64,000 bases of DNA from the IMG/VR virus record IMGVR_UViG_3300024265_000039, positions 1 through 64,000 of that record; one strand, written 5' to 3'. Made by a program: the position numbers and the translations under genes. Below are positions 9,687-18,483 of the stretch, piece after piece; positions within the stretch are counted from its first letter, which is position 1; the number at the start of each line of letters is the position of its first letter. The DNA comes from a virus. The notes beneath the pieces were generated by a model. The model saw nothing but the letters and a program-made list of their open reading frames with translations. It did not search any database and was not told the DNA's origin.

Positions 9687-10578
9687 GATTGATGCGTTGG
9701 CGCTCGTTGAACTCTTCCCACATGGTCGGCGAGTGCGAAGTGACGATTAATTGTCCATTTTTCTCCTCTACGATTTCCCTTATTCGATAAATAAGCTGCC
9801 GTTGTAGAGACACATGCAGATTCATAGCTGGCTCGCTGATGAGGATAATCCCACCAGGCCTCAACCAGAGTGTGACCGTGAATAGTAACAGCAGTGCCAG
9901 CTTTTCCCCGGAACTCAATTCAGCGTAATGGTGTTGTATATCGCCGATGCGAACCATGAGTTTCAGGGGATTGGTGTCCAGGAAAAGCTCTTTGTCCCAA
10001 AGAAACTTGTTCGCAGCTTCGATCATACGGGCGACCTCATCAGGGTTGAGTTCTTTGTGATATGAGATCAGTCCTTCGAGAAATTCTTGCCATTGTGTAG
10101 TTTGGGGGTTGGATTGTATTTCAACCCTATCGTCCACTATCTTGGGCAGACGCATCTTGTCAGTTACATAGGTTATGTTGGGCATTCTTTGTAGGTATGG
10201 TTCGTTCGGTTTGGCGTCTCCAGCAATCCAGTCGCTTAATTGTGGAATAGTTAAAAAGTCCTTTTCTAAATCACCATTACTGGTAGCGTACAACCATAGC
10301 GAGGATTGGATTTCATCATTAAAATTACGCAACTCAATAGCTGATAATCCAATCTCCTCATTATATGGACTCGAACCAGGACTATAATGCGGTGACTGAC
10401 GACTCCTAAAATTCGCCCACAACTTAAAGATAGCCTCCATCACCGTTCTTTTCCCTGATCCATTCGGCCCGGTGAGGAGGACGCTTTTAAGCGGTTTTTC
10501 TGTCCAGTCATTGCGCAAGGTGATGTCTAGGTGTTTGAAGTTGCGGACATCGCGCAGGATAATGCGGTTGATGTACAT
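9637..10578 (-). CDS. ABC/AAA_21-type ATPase with degenerate Walker motifs
   Basis: MYINRIILRDVRNFK, GPNGSGKRT, ELSSGEK, ILISEPAMNLH, IVTSHSP; AGGAG RBS. Confidence 0.85.
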   Translation of the reverse strand: MYINRIILRDVRNFKHLDITLRNDWTEKPLKSVLLTGPNGSGKRTVMEAIFKLWANFRSRQSPHYSPGSSPYNEEIGLSAIELRNFNDEIQSSLWLYATSNGDLEKDFLTIPQLSDWIAGDAKPNEPYLQRMPNITYVTDKMRLPKIVDDRVEIQSNPQTTQWQEFLEGLISYHKELNPDEVARMIEAANKFLWDKELFLDTNPLKLMVRIGDIQHHYAELSSGEKLALLLLFTVTLWLRPGGIILISEPAMNLHVSLQRQLIYRIREIVEEKNGQLIVTSHSPTMWEEFNERQRINLAEEDQHDQKDGREDG

Positions 10579-10801
10579 GGTTGTTTCTCCTGTTTCCCCA
10601 TAGACGGACGGCTCTCGTTCTACTCATGTTGAAAATGCCGGATGTTTTACGGATCATTTGTGGCCGCCTGGGGATACCAGGTACGCACAGATAGTTGATT
10701 TAGCACGTGGTGAAATATCCCCTATTGACCACCCTTCTATCATAGCACAGAAGTACGAAGGTCGTCTATTGTACCTTGTACGTCCTTCGTGAGAGCGGGG
10801 G

Positions 10802-10830
10802 TTTACTTTTTTCGAGGCCTATAGTATACT
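10802..10830 (+). promoter_or_regulatory. Sigma70-type promoter TTTACT-N17-TATACT for the rightward leader RNA/operon
   Basis: Consensus-like hexamers with a 17-nt spacer. Confidence 0.6.
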
Positions 10831-10835
10831 TTAGT

Positions 10836-11120
10836 TGCCGCAAGGATATATGCGGTGCTGGACAAAGATCACATGAAACAACGGGATGCTCTTAAACAGC
10901 GTTGTACCCGGTCTTAAAAGTGGGAAATCATGTGTAGCCGTTAACCCTGACAGTGTGTCCATCGGCAGACAACCCGTAGCCGATGCCCAAAAAGTGCGGG
11001 TTGGCCCATAGTGATGCAGGGAGCGGAGTGGATAGTCTCATGAACTAACTGCAAAGCACAAATGGAGGGTAGTCCGCTAAGATTAGGGCTGCATGGGTGC
11101 GTGATGCTCGTACCATTGCC
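10836..11120 (+). ncRNA. Putative structured leader or ncRNA with a pseudoknot
   Basis: Stems CACATGA/TCATGTG (10870/10928) and CATCGGC/GCCGATG (10960/10979); loop AACCCGT pairs with GCGGGTT (10996); no ORF of 60 aa or more. Confidence 0.5.
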
Positions 11121-11125
11121 CGGTA

Positions 11126-12037
11126 ACCGGCTTTCTCAGTGCAAGGGGAGCGTGGGTTCATGACCCGAAGCCGGTATGGTTTGTACAAACCAATCAAAGA
11201 ACCGGCTTTCTGCGTAACGGCGGCGAGAGATTCGTGATCCGAGGTCGGTGTGATAGCAATATCCTATCTTCGTCCCTGGGCGAAAATATATCAGAGGCAA
11301 CCTATGACCGACGAAACGCAACACGACGACCTCCGCACAATCTATGCGTGGCATTTTTCTGATGGAACATTGAGCTATGGCGATGCTCGCCCCATCATCC
11401 CTGGTTTGGCGCTGACGTGTGAACCGGAAGACATCTCTCTTTGCGGATTTGGCTTCCATGCCAACCTTGATATAATAGATGTGCTTCAATATGCCCCTGG
11501 AGCAGTGTTGTCCTATGTCGAGTGTGGTGGAAAGATTGTCCAGGATGATGATAAGCTGGTCTGCTCCCAGCGTCGCCATCTGGCAGTGGTAGACATCACC
11601 AATACGCTGCACGAATTCGGCTGCTGGTGTGCAGAACAAGCATTGGCATTAATCGATAACCCAGACCCTCGCAGCCTTGCAGCAATCGCGGCAAAGCGCA
11701 AATGGATGCAGGGGGAAATTTCCGATGAAGAGTTGGCTTATGCGGCTTATGCGGCTTATGCGGCGGATGTGCCTGATGCGGCTTATGCGGTGGTTCATGC
11801 GGCGGCTCATATGGCTCGTGTGACTTCTGCGGCTTATGCGGCGAAAGTGGCGTTTTATGCGGCTTCTGCGGCTTCTGCGGCTTATGCGGCTCATTCGGCG
11901 GCTTATGCGGCTCATTCGACGGCTCATGCGGCTCATGCGGCGGCTCATGCGGTGCAATCCAAGCAACTCTTAGAGATGGTATTATCATTGCCGGAATTTG
12001 CCTAATAGGGCACGAGGGTTCGTGACCCGAAGTCGGT
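11126..12037 (+). promoter_or_regulatory. Three copies of a ~50-nt three-way-junction RNA element, each abutting a start codon
   Basis: 11126-11175, 11201-11249 and 11990-12037; consensus RCCGG...CGWG(G/A)GRTTCRTGAYCCGARGYCGGT then ATG/GTG. Confidence 0.7.
11250..12005 (+). CDS. Phage protein with an Ala/Tyr-rich low-complexity repeat
   Basis: LCGFGFHA..., [33 protein letters not shown] repeats from 9-bp GCGGCTYAT units. Confidence 0.75.
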   Translation: MIAISYLRPWAKIYQRQPMTDETQHDDLRTIYAWHFSDGTLSYGDARPIIPGLALTCEPEDISLCGFGFHANLDIIDVLQYAPGAVLSYVECGGKIVQDDDKLVCSQRRHLAVVDITNTLHEFGCWCAEQALALIDNPDPRSLAAIAAKRKWMQGEISDEELAYAAYAAYAADVPDAAYAVVHAAAHMARVTSAAYAAKVAFYAASAASAAYAAHSAAYAAHSTAHAAHAAAHAVQSKQLLEMVLSLPEFA

Positions 12038-12125
12038 ATGAAAATAAAAGTAGATAGGGTGTGTGGCTACAGCCGAAATACTTTGAGAGATTTCGAAAAG
12101 ACGACAGCGCGGGGGAGTAAACAGC

Positions 12126-12602
12126 ATGAACTTGCTTGAACAGATTGCCACATTGACAGAGATAATCGAAGAATTGGATCAGGTTCCGCGTGTGCCTATT
12201 TCGTACATGGCAACCGATTTGAATTTGGACCCAATAACGATGACCGGAAACTATTCAGCTATTTACACGGCTTCAGTCTGGGGATCACATCCAGCCAGAG
12301 GCATGGATACAATTCGGACATACTTCAAACCTGGCGAACGATGGCAAAAGGATATGCGCAAGATGATTCCTTTCAGTGGGTTCCTGTCGTCTTGTGGCTG
12401 GCAACACAATCATGAGTCGAATCGCATCGTTTCTGTTCGCGCTTCAGACGGATATGTCCATAAAATCACGCCGGATACTCTGATCTATGTGTCCATAGAT
12501 GCGGTGGATATGGCGCGGGTCATTGATGATTTTCAGCGAATTTTGGGCATCGTGAAAGACGGGCGGCAAGAATTGAAAAAGCCGCCCGACGCCGGGGAGT
12601 GA
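12126..12602 (+). CDS. Hypothetical protein
   Basis: GGGGGAG RBS. Confidence 0.6.
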   Translation: MNLLEQIATLTEIIEELDQVPRVPISYMATDLNLDPITMTGNYSAIYTASVWGSHPARGMDTIRTYFKPGERWQKDMRKMIPFSGFLSSCGWQHNHESNRIVSVRASDGYVHKITPDTLIYVSIDAVDMARVIDDFQRILGIVKDGRQELKKPPDAGE

Positions 12603-12605
12603 GAG

Positions 12606-12923
12606 ATGAGTGACATGCTGGGTAAAACGATACGATCTATACGAAAAGCCACTGGCGATAGCATGAGCGATGTTGCTGAAACGTGCGGCATCTCAGTGTC
12701 CTATCTATCAGATATTGAGCGCGGGAGGACAGAACCCAGCCTGCATGTCTTACGCCAGTTGGCCGGTGCGCTTGGGGTGCAAATGGTAGAGTTTTTTGAC
12801 GCTGATTCCCACGACTTAACTGAGGACGAATGGAATCTACTCAATCATTATAGGCAGAGAAACTGGCGCTATGTGTTTAATATTATTGCCGACCTGATCG
12901 TTGGGGCGACAGAACAGGAGTAA
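12606..12923 (+). CDS. XRE-family HTH transcriptional regulator
   Basis: IRSIRKA..SMSDVAETCGISVSYLSDIERGRTEPSLHVLRQLA. Confidence 0.9.
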   Translation: MSDMLGKTIRSIRKATGDSMSDVAETCGISVSYLSDIERGRTEPSLHVLRQLAGALGVQMVEFFDADSHDLTEDEWNLLNHYRQRNWRYVFNIIADLIVGATEQE

Positions 12924-12924
12924 A

Positions 12925-13146
12925 ATGAGATTGCGGTGGAAATTATTGCTACGTAGATATAGATGCATCCCCGCGTTTTGTAAAATCTGCGGTCGGGATG
13001 TCCATGATTTTATTGCACCTGATTGGGCATGGCACATGATCCGACCTTTTATCAAATATGGCGATGTGTTGTGTTACGATTGTTTTTGCGATCTATGTGA
13101 AAAAGCCAGGATTTGTTCTGTGTGGCATTTATTAGGGGAGAAATGA
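12925..13146 (+). CDS. Cys-rich zinc-binding protein
   Basis: CKICG...LCYDCFCDLC; AGGAG RBS. Confidence 0.6.
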   Translation: MRLRWKLLLRRYRCIPAFCKICGRDVHDFIAPDWAWHMIRPFIKYGDVLCYDCFCDLCEKARICSVWHLLGEK

Positions 13147-13436
13147 TGTCAGATCAAATGGCAACCAAATTACAGATTGCACATATCGAATGGGGTGACG
13201 CGGATAGCCTGGTCGGTTGGCATAACCGAGATGTTATCGAGGGCTATATTCAATCGCCCCCATCCCAAATGAAATCAGTTGGGTGGCTACTGCATGATGG
13301 AGACGATTGTGTCATTTTGGCTCAGTCAGTAGGAACGCATAAGGCTGCGGATTTGATAAAAATACCTCGCGCCATGGTGAGGAATATCCACGTACTTGCC
13401 GACCCAACCCCCGGCGAGGCGACAAGGAAGGAATGA
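13143..13436 (+). CDS. Conserved phage hypothetical protein
   Basis: IEWGDA..GW...SVGWLL...LAQS...IPRAMV pattern. Confidence 0.65.
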   Translation: MMSDQMATKLQIAHIEWGDADSLVGWHNRDVIEGYIQSPPSQMKSVGWLLHDGDDCVILAQSVGTHKAADLIKIPRAMVRNIHVLADPTPGEATRKE

Positions 13437-13440
13437 GACG

Positions 13441-13710
13441 ATGCAGAAAAAGCCACAACCGGTAAATCGAGGAGACTATGATTTGTCCACCGTTGCTGAC
13501 ATTAAACGGTTTATCCGTTCAAATGCAACGTATTGGCGACAAATGCGAAATTATGCGGAGGATAATGATTTCGCGGACATAGACCTTGTGACATATGATG
13601 CATATGTCACGGCCTATGGATGGATGGGGGCAGCGTTGGCTTGCGTAATACTCCCATCCGATTTGATGAAAGATGAAACCCCCACCGCCGTCGGGGATGA
13701 GGTGCCATAG
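13441..13710 (+). CDS. Hypothetical protein
   Basis: Operon context. Confidence 0.55.
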   Translation: MQKKPQPVNRGDYDLSTVADIKRFIRSNATYWRQMRNYAEDNDFADIDLVTYDAYVTAYGWMGAALACVILPSDLMKDETPTAVGDEVP

Positions 13711-13846
13711 ACATGAAACGACGTTATTTAACCAACAAACAGTATGTGATAATCTTGGCTGTACTTGCCGTCTTGGTGCCGTTCTCGTGGTATATTGCTA
13801 TCGAGGTTGGTCTACCCTGGTGGATGTGGTGAGAGGTGGATACGGC

Positions 13847-14167
13847 ATGTTCAATCGTATTCCGCTCGGATGCTTCCTCTGTGGTACGCCCTTGTCCGGC
13901 GGAATAGACACCTGGGGCGATGTCGGCCAGGAATGTTGCCAATCATGCCATTGGGATTTGATGGGCGAAGATCGCGGAACGGCCTGGTTTGGTCTCGCAC
14001 CACACAAACACGACCTATCCCTCACCGGCAGTATCGTGGGAAGCACGGTATTCGATCTGTTGCCAGAACCGCCAACTTTGAATGGCAGCTACTATATCGA
14101 ATCTCACAAGGCGTGGTTTACCCCCGACAAGGAAAATTCCGAAATGGGCATGTGGCACACAGACTGA
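13847..14167 (+). CDS. Hypothetical Cys-containing protein
   Basis: GAGGTG RBS before MFNRIP; CFLC..CQSC. Confidence 0.5.
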   Translation: MFNRIPLGCFLCGTPLSGGIDTWGDVGQECCQSCHWDLMGEDRGTAWFGLAPHKHDLSLTGSIVGSTVFDLLPEPPTLNGSYYIESHKAWFTPDKENSEMGMWHTD

Positions 14168-14188
14168 CGAAACGATTGGAGAAGAGCG

Positions 14189-14407
14189 ATGGCCGGTCAA
14201 CATACCTATGACCAAATGAAGAATTTAGCGGATGAAGCACGCGATGAATATGAATCCACTTTGGCGGAATTGCGAAAAGCCCAGTCATTGATCCGCACCA
14301 TCGGCCTCGACCCCGACGAGGTATACGTGCTGTCTGACCTGATACCCATTTTTGAGCTTGTCAAGATATTGCGCCCTAAGCCTGCGCCAAGATCGACTGA
14401 GGAGTGA
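14189..14407 (+). CDS. Hypothetical protein
   Basis: GGAG RBS; helical. Confidence 0.6.
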   Translation: MAGQHTYDQMKNLADEARDEYESTLAELRKAQSLIRTIGLDPDEVYVLSDLIPIFELVKILRPKPAPRSTEE

Positions 14408-14410
14408 CCA

Positions 14411-14770
14411 ATGCCCTTTAGTTTTAGCCATCCAGACAATCCACGAGAAGATGACCCACGCTTCGATACTGAGCGAGAAGCAGTCGAGACCGGGTTGGAA
14501 TATCAACGGCAACACCCCTGGGAACAGTTGTTGGCAATCTGGGATGATGATTATGAGACAGTCGAGGCCATACTACACTGGGGGGAAATATACGCTTCCC
14601 CAGATTATGCGCTCCGGCATTGGCTGCCAAAGGGAACTGATGAAATCCAAGCGCGTGTTTCCCTTCCTGGGACGGGTACAAAGGTCACCGTCTCCGGGGA
14701 TGCCAAGCGACGATTGGCCGAACAAGGTTTATCCGAAGACGATTTTTATATCGAGGTGAACGATGAATAA
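14411..14770 (+). CDS. Acidic hypothetical protein
   Basis: GAGGAG RBS. Confidence 0.65.
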   Translation: MPFSFSHPDNPREDDPRFDTEREAVETGLEYQRQHPWEQLLAIWDDDYETVEAILHWGEIYASPDYALRHWLPKGTDEIQARVSLPGTGTKVTVSGDAKRRLAEQGLSEDDFYIEVNDE

Positions 14771-14975
14771 GGACGATAACGGTGTACGATTGGCTATGTT
14801 TGACTCGGAAGCGAACAAGTTTTTTTATCCTGTCCACTATCCATTTCGGCATGGATATGTTTGTTTCCAATGCCGATTCCTATTGCGGACAATGGGGTTA
14901 GGTCGAGCCGATGCATGGAAATGCCCCCAATGTAGTACCTGGAATGATACCAAAGAGAGTAAGTATAAGGAATGA
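14763..14975 (+). CDS. Zinc-ribbon protein
   Basis: CFQC...CPQC; GAGGTG RBS. Confidence 0.6.
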   Translation: MNKDDNGVRLAMFDSEANKFFYPVHYPFRHGYVCFQCRFLLRTMGLGRADAWKCPQCSTWNDTKESKYKE

Positions 14976-14978
14976 GCG

Positions 14979-15101
14979 ATGAGTGATGTATTAGACTACC
15001 TCGATGGTTGTCCATATTGTGGAGAGGCAGAGGAAATCGAATTGCGATGGAATGGAATTTGGTTCTGCTGGGTGTGCCTTGAGGCTTTTAACGATGAGTG
15101 A
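14979..15101 (+). CDS. 40-aa zinc-ribbon microprotein (below the ORF-track cutoff)
   Basis: MSDVLDYLDGCPYCGEAEEIELRWNGIWFCWVCLEAFNDE; overlaps the next start. Confidence 0.55.
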   Translation: MSDVLDYLDGCPYCGEAEEIELRWNGIWFCWVCLEAFNDE

Positions 15102-15342
15102 CAAAATCCAGCATGACATTATGGCCGAACGCCAACGGCAAGACGAATTGTGGGGCCCGCCCCAGCACGAACACTATACATGGTTGGCAATTCTGACCGA
15201 AGAGGTTGGGGAAATTGCATATGAAATCCTCTCAGGCGGAGGGGTCGGGCGAGTGATTGAATTGCGCAAAGAATTGATCCAGGCTGCGGCTGTTCTCGTT
15301 GCGTGGGTCGAACAACTGGATGGGACGGTAAGTGATGATTGA
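15094..15342 (+). CDS. MazG-like all-alpha NTP pyrophosphohydrolase
   Basis: ERQRQDELWG..WLAILTEEVGE..KELIQAAAV. Confidence 0.8.
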   Translation: MSDKIQHDIMAERQRQDELWGPPQHEHYTWLAILTEEVGEIAYEILSGGGVGRVIELRKELIQAAAVLVAWVEQLDGTVSDD

Positions 15343-15544
15343 AACAATTAAGAGTCACGATCTCAAACTAGAGGGAGATGGGTTCATTGAAATCTACATT
15401 TGGGAAGATGAACCAGATGTTATCTGTTTCGATCTTGTCAAGGATTATCATGAAGGGATCGACCTGCAATTAACACGCAAAGATGTTCAACGATTGGCAG
15501 AGATACTGAAAGATTTCTGCGATGGATCACTCAGGGTAACGTAA
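15332..15544 (+). CDS. Hypothetical protein
   Basis: Coupled ORF. Confidence 0.55.
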   Translation: MMIETIKSHDLKLEGDGFIEIYIWEDEPDVICFDLVKDYHEGIDLQLTRKDVQRLAEILKDFCDGSLRVT

Positions 15545-15557
15545 GCCACAGTCCAGA

Positions 15558-15869
15558 ATGACCGAACGATTGGAGAGTACGACGATGGATCACATAATCA
15601 TTATGTTGCAAGGTGTTGGCAAAACATTGGCAATGATTGATACCAGTGAACTTGAGGCACACATAACCGAACATCGTTTGCACCTTGAACATTGGACGGG
15701 CATCGGCCCCCTACTTGACCCAACACAATACCGGGAGGCGATAAAATCAGGCAAGCATCAGGATGCTGTTTTGCAATTAGAAATTTGCGAAGCCCTCCTA
15801 GTGGCTCGCAAAGCTATTGATGTGCGCGAGGGATATATTCGATCTTTATCTAGTGACAAAACTGGGTAA
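15558..15869 (+). CDS. Hypothetical protein
   Basis: Operon context. Confidence 0.55.
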   Translation: MTERLESTTMDHIIIMLQGVGKTLAMIDTSELEAHITEHRLHLEHWTGIGPLLDPTQYREAIKSGKHQDAVLQLEICEALLVARKAIDVREGYIRSLSSDKTG

Positions 15870-15967
15870 TGTAAACCGCAACTGTTGCAGATTTGGCAAC
15901 AATTGCGGCCACCGGAATGTTGGAGGGCGAGCGATGAGTAACGAGCTAGAACAAGGAGCGAAACAAA

Positions 15968-16306
15968 ATGATCTGCCCTAAATGCGGACGTGAGATGAAC
16001 AAAACTCCTGATTGGAATACCGAAATCGATTCATTGGAATGTTTTTGTGGCTATAAAGAAACCCGACCAATGCCACGATGTTCTGAGTCCGGGTGTGATG
16101 ACGTAGCCAGCACATATGAGATAGACGATGAGCAATACATTTTATGTGCCGAACATGCCAGCGACAACGGGTTTTGTGTCTTTTGTGGACATTTCGTCGC
16201 CGGGGGCGATGATCGGCATTTGCATCGGACGGGCCTATGCGATGATTGTTATCGGATGAAACGTGACGATGAACGCGCCGAGATTGATGAGTTACACGAC
16301 TGGTAA
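15968..16306 (+). CDS. Multi-CxxC zinc-finger protein
   Basis: CPKC, CFC, CSESGC, CAEH, CVFC, CDDC; AAGGAG RBS. Confidence 0.65.
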   Translation: MICPKCGREMNKTPDWNTEIDSLECFCGYKETRPMPRCSESGCDDVASTYEIDDEQYILCAEHASDNGFCVFCGHFVAGGDDRHLHRTGLCDDCYRMKRDDERAEIDELHDW

Positions 16307-16324
16307 AACAAGGGAGCGAAGCTG

Positions 16325-16813
16325 ATGCAATTTCAACCGGAGTCGATTGAGAAGATATTGGCCGGAAAGAAAACCCAGACCCGGCGGCCAGCATTGCCGA
16401 GCGATGAGATAGTCCGCACCATGACGCAAGGGAAATACCCGGAGCGTGGCGTATATCAGGTTTTCCGCAATGGTCGCTTGCATTGGCAGTGTGGGAAAAC
16501 CTACGCCGTATGCCCCGGACGCGGCAAGAAACAAGTGGCGCGGATTAAGGTGTGGCGTATTAAATGGGAAGATGTGCGAAATATGTCCTATGAGGATATA
16601 ATCGCAGAGGGGTTTGAACACCCCTTCGGGTTTCTAGAAACATGGTGCGGTTTCTATGATCCGCCTTACATAGAAACCATGAAAGCTGAAGCACATTTAA
16701 GTTCTGCCCCTGGCGCTCGCGCCTCCTTGAGGCTGCGCCCCAACGAACTCTACCAAGCGTGGGCGTTGACATTTGAACATGATGATGAGCAAAGGAGCGA
16801 AGGCGATGAATGA
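16325..16813 (+). CDS. ASCH domain protein
   Basis: ILAGKKTQTRR signature; WQCGKTYAVCPGRGK, AEGF. Confidence 0.85.
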   Translation: MQFQPESIEKILAGKKTQTRRPALPSDEIVRTMTQGKYPERGVYQVFRNGRLHWQCGKTYAVCPGRGKKQVARIKVWRIKWEDVRNMSYEDIIAEGFEHPFGFLETWCGFYDPPYIETMKAEAHLSSAPGARASLRLRPNELYQAWALTFEHDDEQRSEGDE

Positions 16814-17213
16814 AGATATTCAAGGCATCATTGATGGTACCCACGTGCTCTATTCAGACGATGTGGTAGGCGAAGGCATTATGCAGATTATCCATGAAAA
16901 ATTGACAGAAGGCAGCTTGACCTTAGAGAACCTGGATGCGTTGCTGGGAAAAGGTCTCTGGAGCATAGGACGTGTCAAGAATGAAATCGATTATGCAAAC
17001 ATAGCCAGTTGGGGCAGTGAGGGGAATGCAATCGCAGGACCTAACCATCGCGTAGTTGTTGACTTAGGACCGCAATACTCGCCGTTGAACGACGATCATG
17101 TCATCAAGCGAACCATCGTTATTAAGGATGATGGGTCAGGTTTGGGGATTAAAGAAGAGATCGTACCGATTGATGAACCAGACGGGCAGGATATAGAAGG
17201 CTGGAGAGGCTAA
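16806..17213 (+). CDS. Hypothetical protein
   Basis: AAGGAG upstream. Confidence 0.55.
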   Translation: MNEDIQGIIDGTHVLYSDDVVGEGIMQIIHEKLTEGSLTLENLDALLGKGLWSIGRVKNEIDYANIASWGSEGNAIAGPNHRVVVDLGPQYSPLNDDHVIKRTIVIKDDGSGLGIKEEIVPIDEPDGQDIEGWRG

Positions 17214-17345
17214 ACCGATGATCGTGACACGCATACTCATAATTGCAGTGATGTTGCCCCGGTTACTCGTGGCGTGGGCAAAGAACAAGCGCAAGCCAGT
17301 TCAGGTCATTCATTTTCAGCCACGAATGGCTGGTAAACGCAGCCA

Positions 17346-17606
17346 ATGGATGAAGAGTATCCCCCCTGGGTTGTGCCGCGCTCGTTTTATGGTATTGACC
17401 CCGGCTATCCTGGTTTATCGCGGACGGTAGTATTTGTTCAGTGGAAAAGCGAATGGGCCACAAACCGTTACCCGAACAGGCTGCTCTCGCCGTCTGATGA
17501 ATTATTGAGAGCGGCTGAAGCCAGTAAACAGATTGACCGTTTTTCGCAGATGTTTTTCATCGAACGGTTCCCGGAAGAAGAGGACGATCATGATGTTCAC
17601 ATTTGA
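17346..17606 (+). CDS. Hypothetical protein
   Basis: ORF overlapping the competing 17218..17430 ORF; choice uncertain. Confidence 0.35.
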   Translation: MDEEYPPWVVPRSFYGIDPGYPGLSRTVVFVQWKSEWATNRYPNRLLSPSDELLRAAEASKQIDRFSQMFFIERFPEEEDDHDVHI

Positions 17607-17745
17607 GAACGACCACAAACGCGGTAAAATCCGTGTTAAGATGGATCGAGGCGATGCTGTGCATGTCTGGTTTTTGACGCCGGGGGAATGATACTTTTTT
17701 TCTAGTTCAAATCTTTGAACATTCGTTTAACTGTAGGAGGATACA

Positions 17746-18483
17746 ATGCCAAGGCTGAACCAGATCATTGCAATCGAAAAGTATGCGAAAGGCCAGGCGG
17801 CCCGAGACTTCACCGACGCGCATCAGTTGCTACAGAAACCAGCGCTCCTTGCTGGTATCGCCCGCACCTATCGCCCGATTGATGATGATGGCGACCAGTT
17901 GCCACCGGAATCAACCCGTGTGCAAGTCAGGGCGGAGGAAGGCATTCAGGCGATTATCGTCATCATGACAAAGTTGTTTGATGTGACCGCAACCAAAGAC
18001 TGGGCCAACCAATCGGCGGCGGCTGATGTCGTGGTAGATGGGGATGTCATCGTGGAAAATGTTCCGGTCACCTATCTATTGTTCCTCGAAAAGCAACTGG
18101 TCGATTTGCATACGTTCATCAAGAAGTTGCCGGTGTTGGATGCTTCCGAAATCTGGAGCTTGGATTCCGCCCAAAACGTCTGGGCAACCGAACCGGTAGA
18201 AACCACCAAAACCAAGAAGCTGCTACGCAACCACGTTAAGTCTGAGGCGACGCCACAGCACCCGGCACAGGTGGACGTCTACACCGAAGATGTGGTTATC
18301 GGTCGCTGGCACACGGTTAAATATTCCGGTGCGATGCCCACCGCCCGTGTCGCTCTTCTGTTGGAACGGGTACGCAAACTACAGGAAGCGGTCAAGTTCG
18401 CCCGCGAGGAAGCCAACGGCGCTACGGTAGACCATCAAAAAGTCGGTGAACCAATTTTCACCTATCTTTTCGGAAAACAATAG
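17746..18483 (+). CDS. Conserved uncharacterised 245-aa protein adjacent to a tRNA-like RNA
   Basis: LNQIIAIEK, RTYRPIDDDGDQLPPESTRVQ, LFDVTATKDWAN, YLLFLEKQL, HPAQV, AVKFAREEAN: a family I recall from bacteria and phages (possibly DUF7873, unverified). AGGAGG RBS. Confidence 0.85.
   Translation: MPRLNQIIAIEKYAKGQAARDFTDAHQLLQKPALLAGIARTYRPIDDDGDQLPPESTRVQVRAEEGIQAIIVIMTKLFDVTATKDWANQSAAADVVVDGDVIVENVPVTYLLFLEKQLVDLHTFIKKLPVLDASEIWSLDSAQNVWATEPVETTKTKKLLRNHVKSEATPQHPAQVDVYTEDVVIGRWHTVKYSGAMPTARVALLLERVRKLQEAVKFAREEANGATVDHQKVGEPIFTYLFGKQ

Noticed and set aside
11064-11135. RNase P RNA or group I intron (GAGGGTAGTCCG...AACCGGCTTT)
   Set aside because: Only partial motif likeness. It is too short for RNase P helices, there is no GACTA P7 partner, and ACCGGCTT is better explained as the repeat's outer stem.
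11730-11955. Antisense repetitive ORFs (PHKPHK, MSRRMSR)
   Set aside because: Shadow frames of the 9-bp GCGGCTYAT repeat in the Ala-rich gene.
11990-12037. Hammerhead ribozyme
   Set aside because: A three-way junction is present but the CUGANGA core is missing in all three copies.
15875-15908. Intergenic hairpin CCGCAA-CTGTTGC/GCAACA-ATTGCGG
   Set aside because: A single hairpin with no U-tract and no second copy; not enough for a call.
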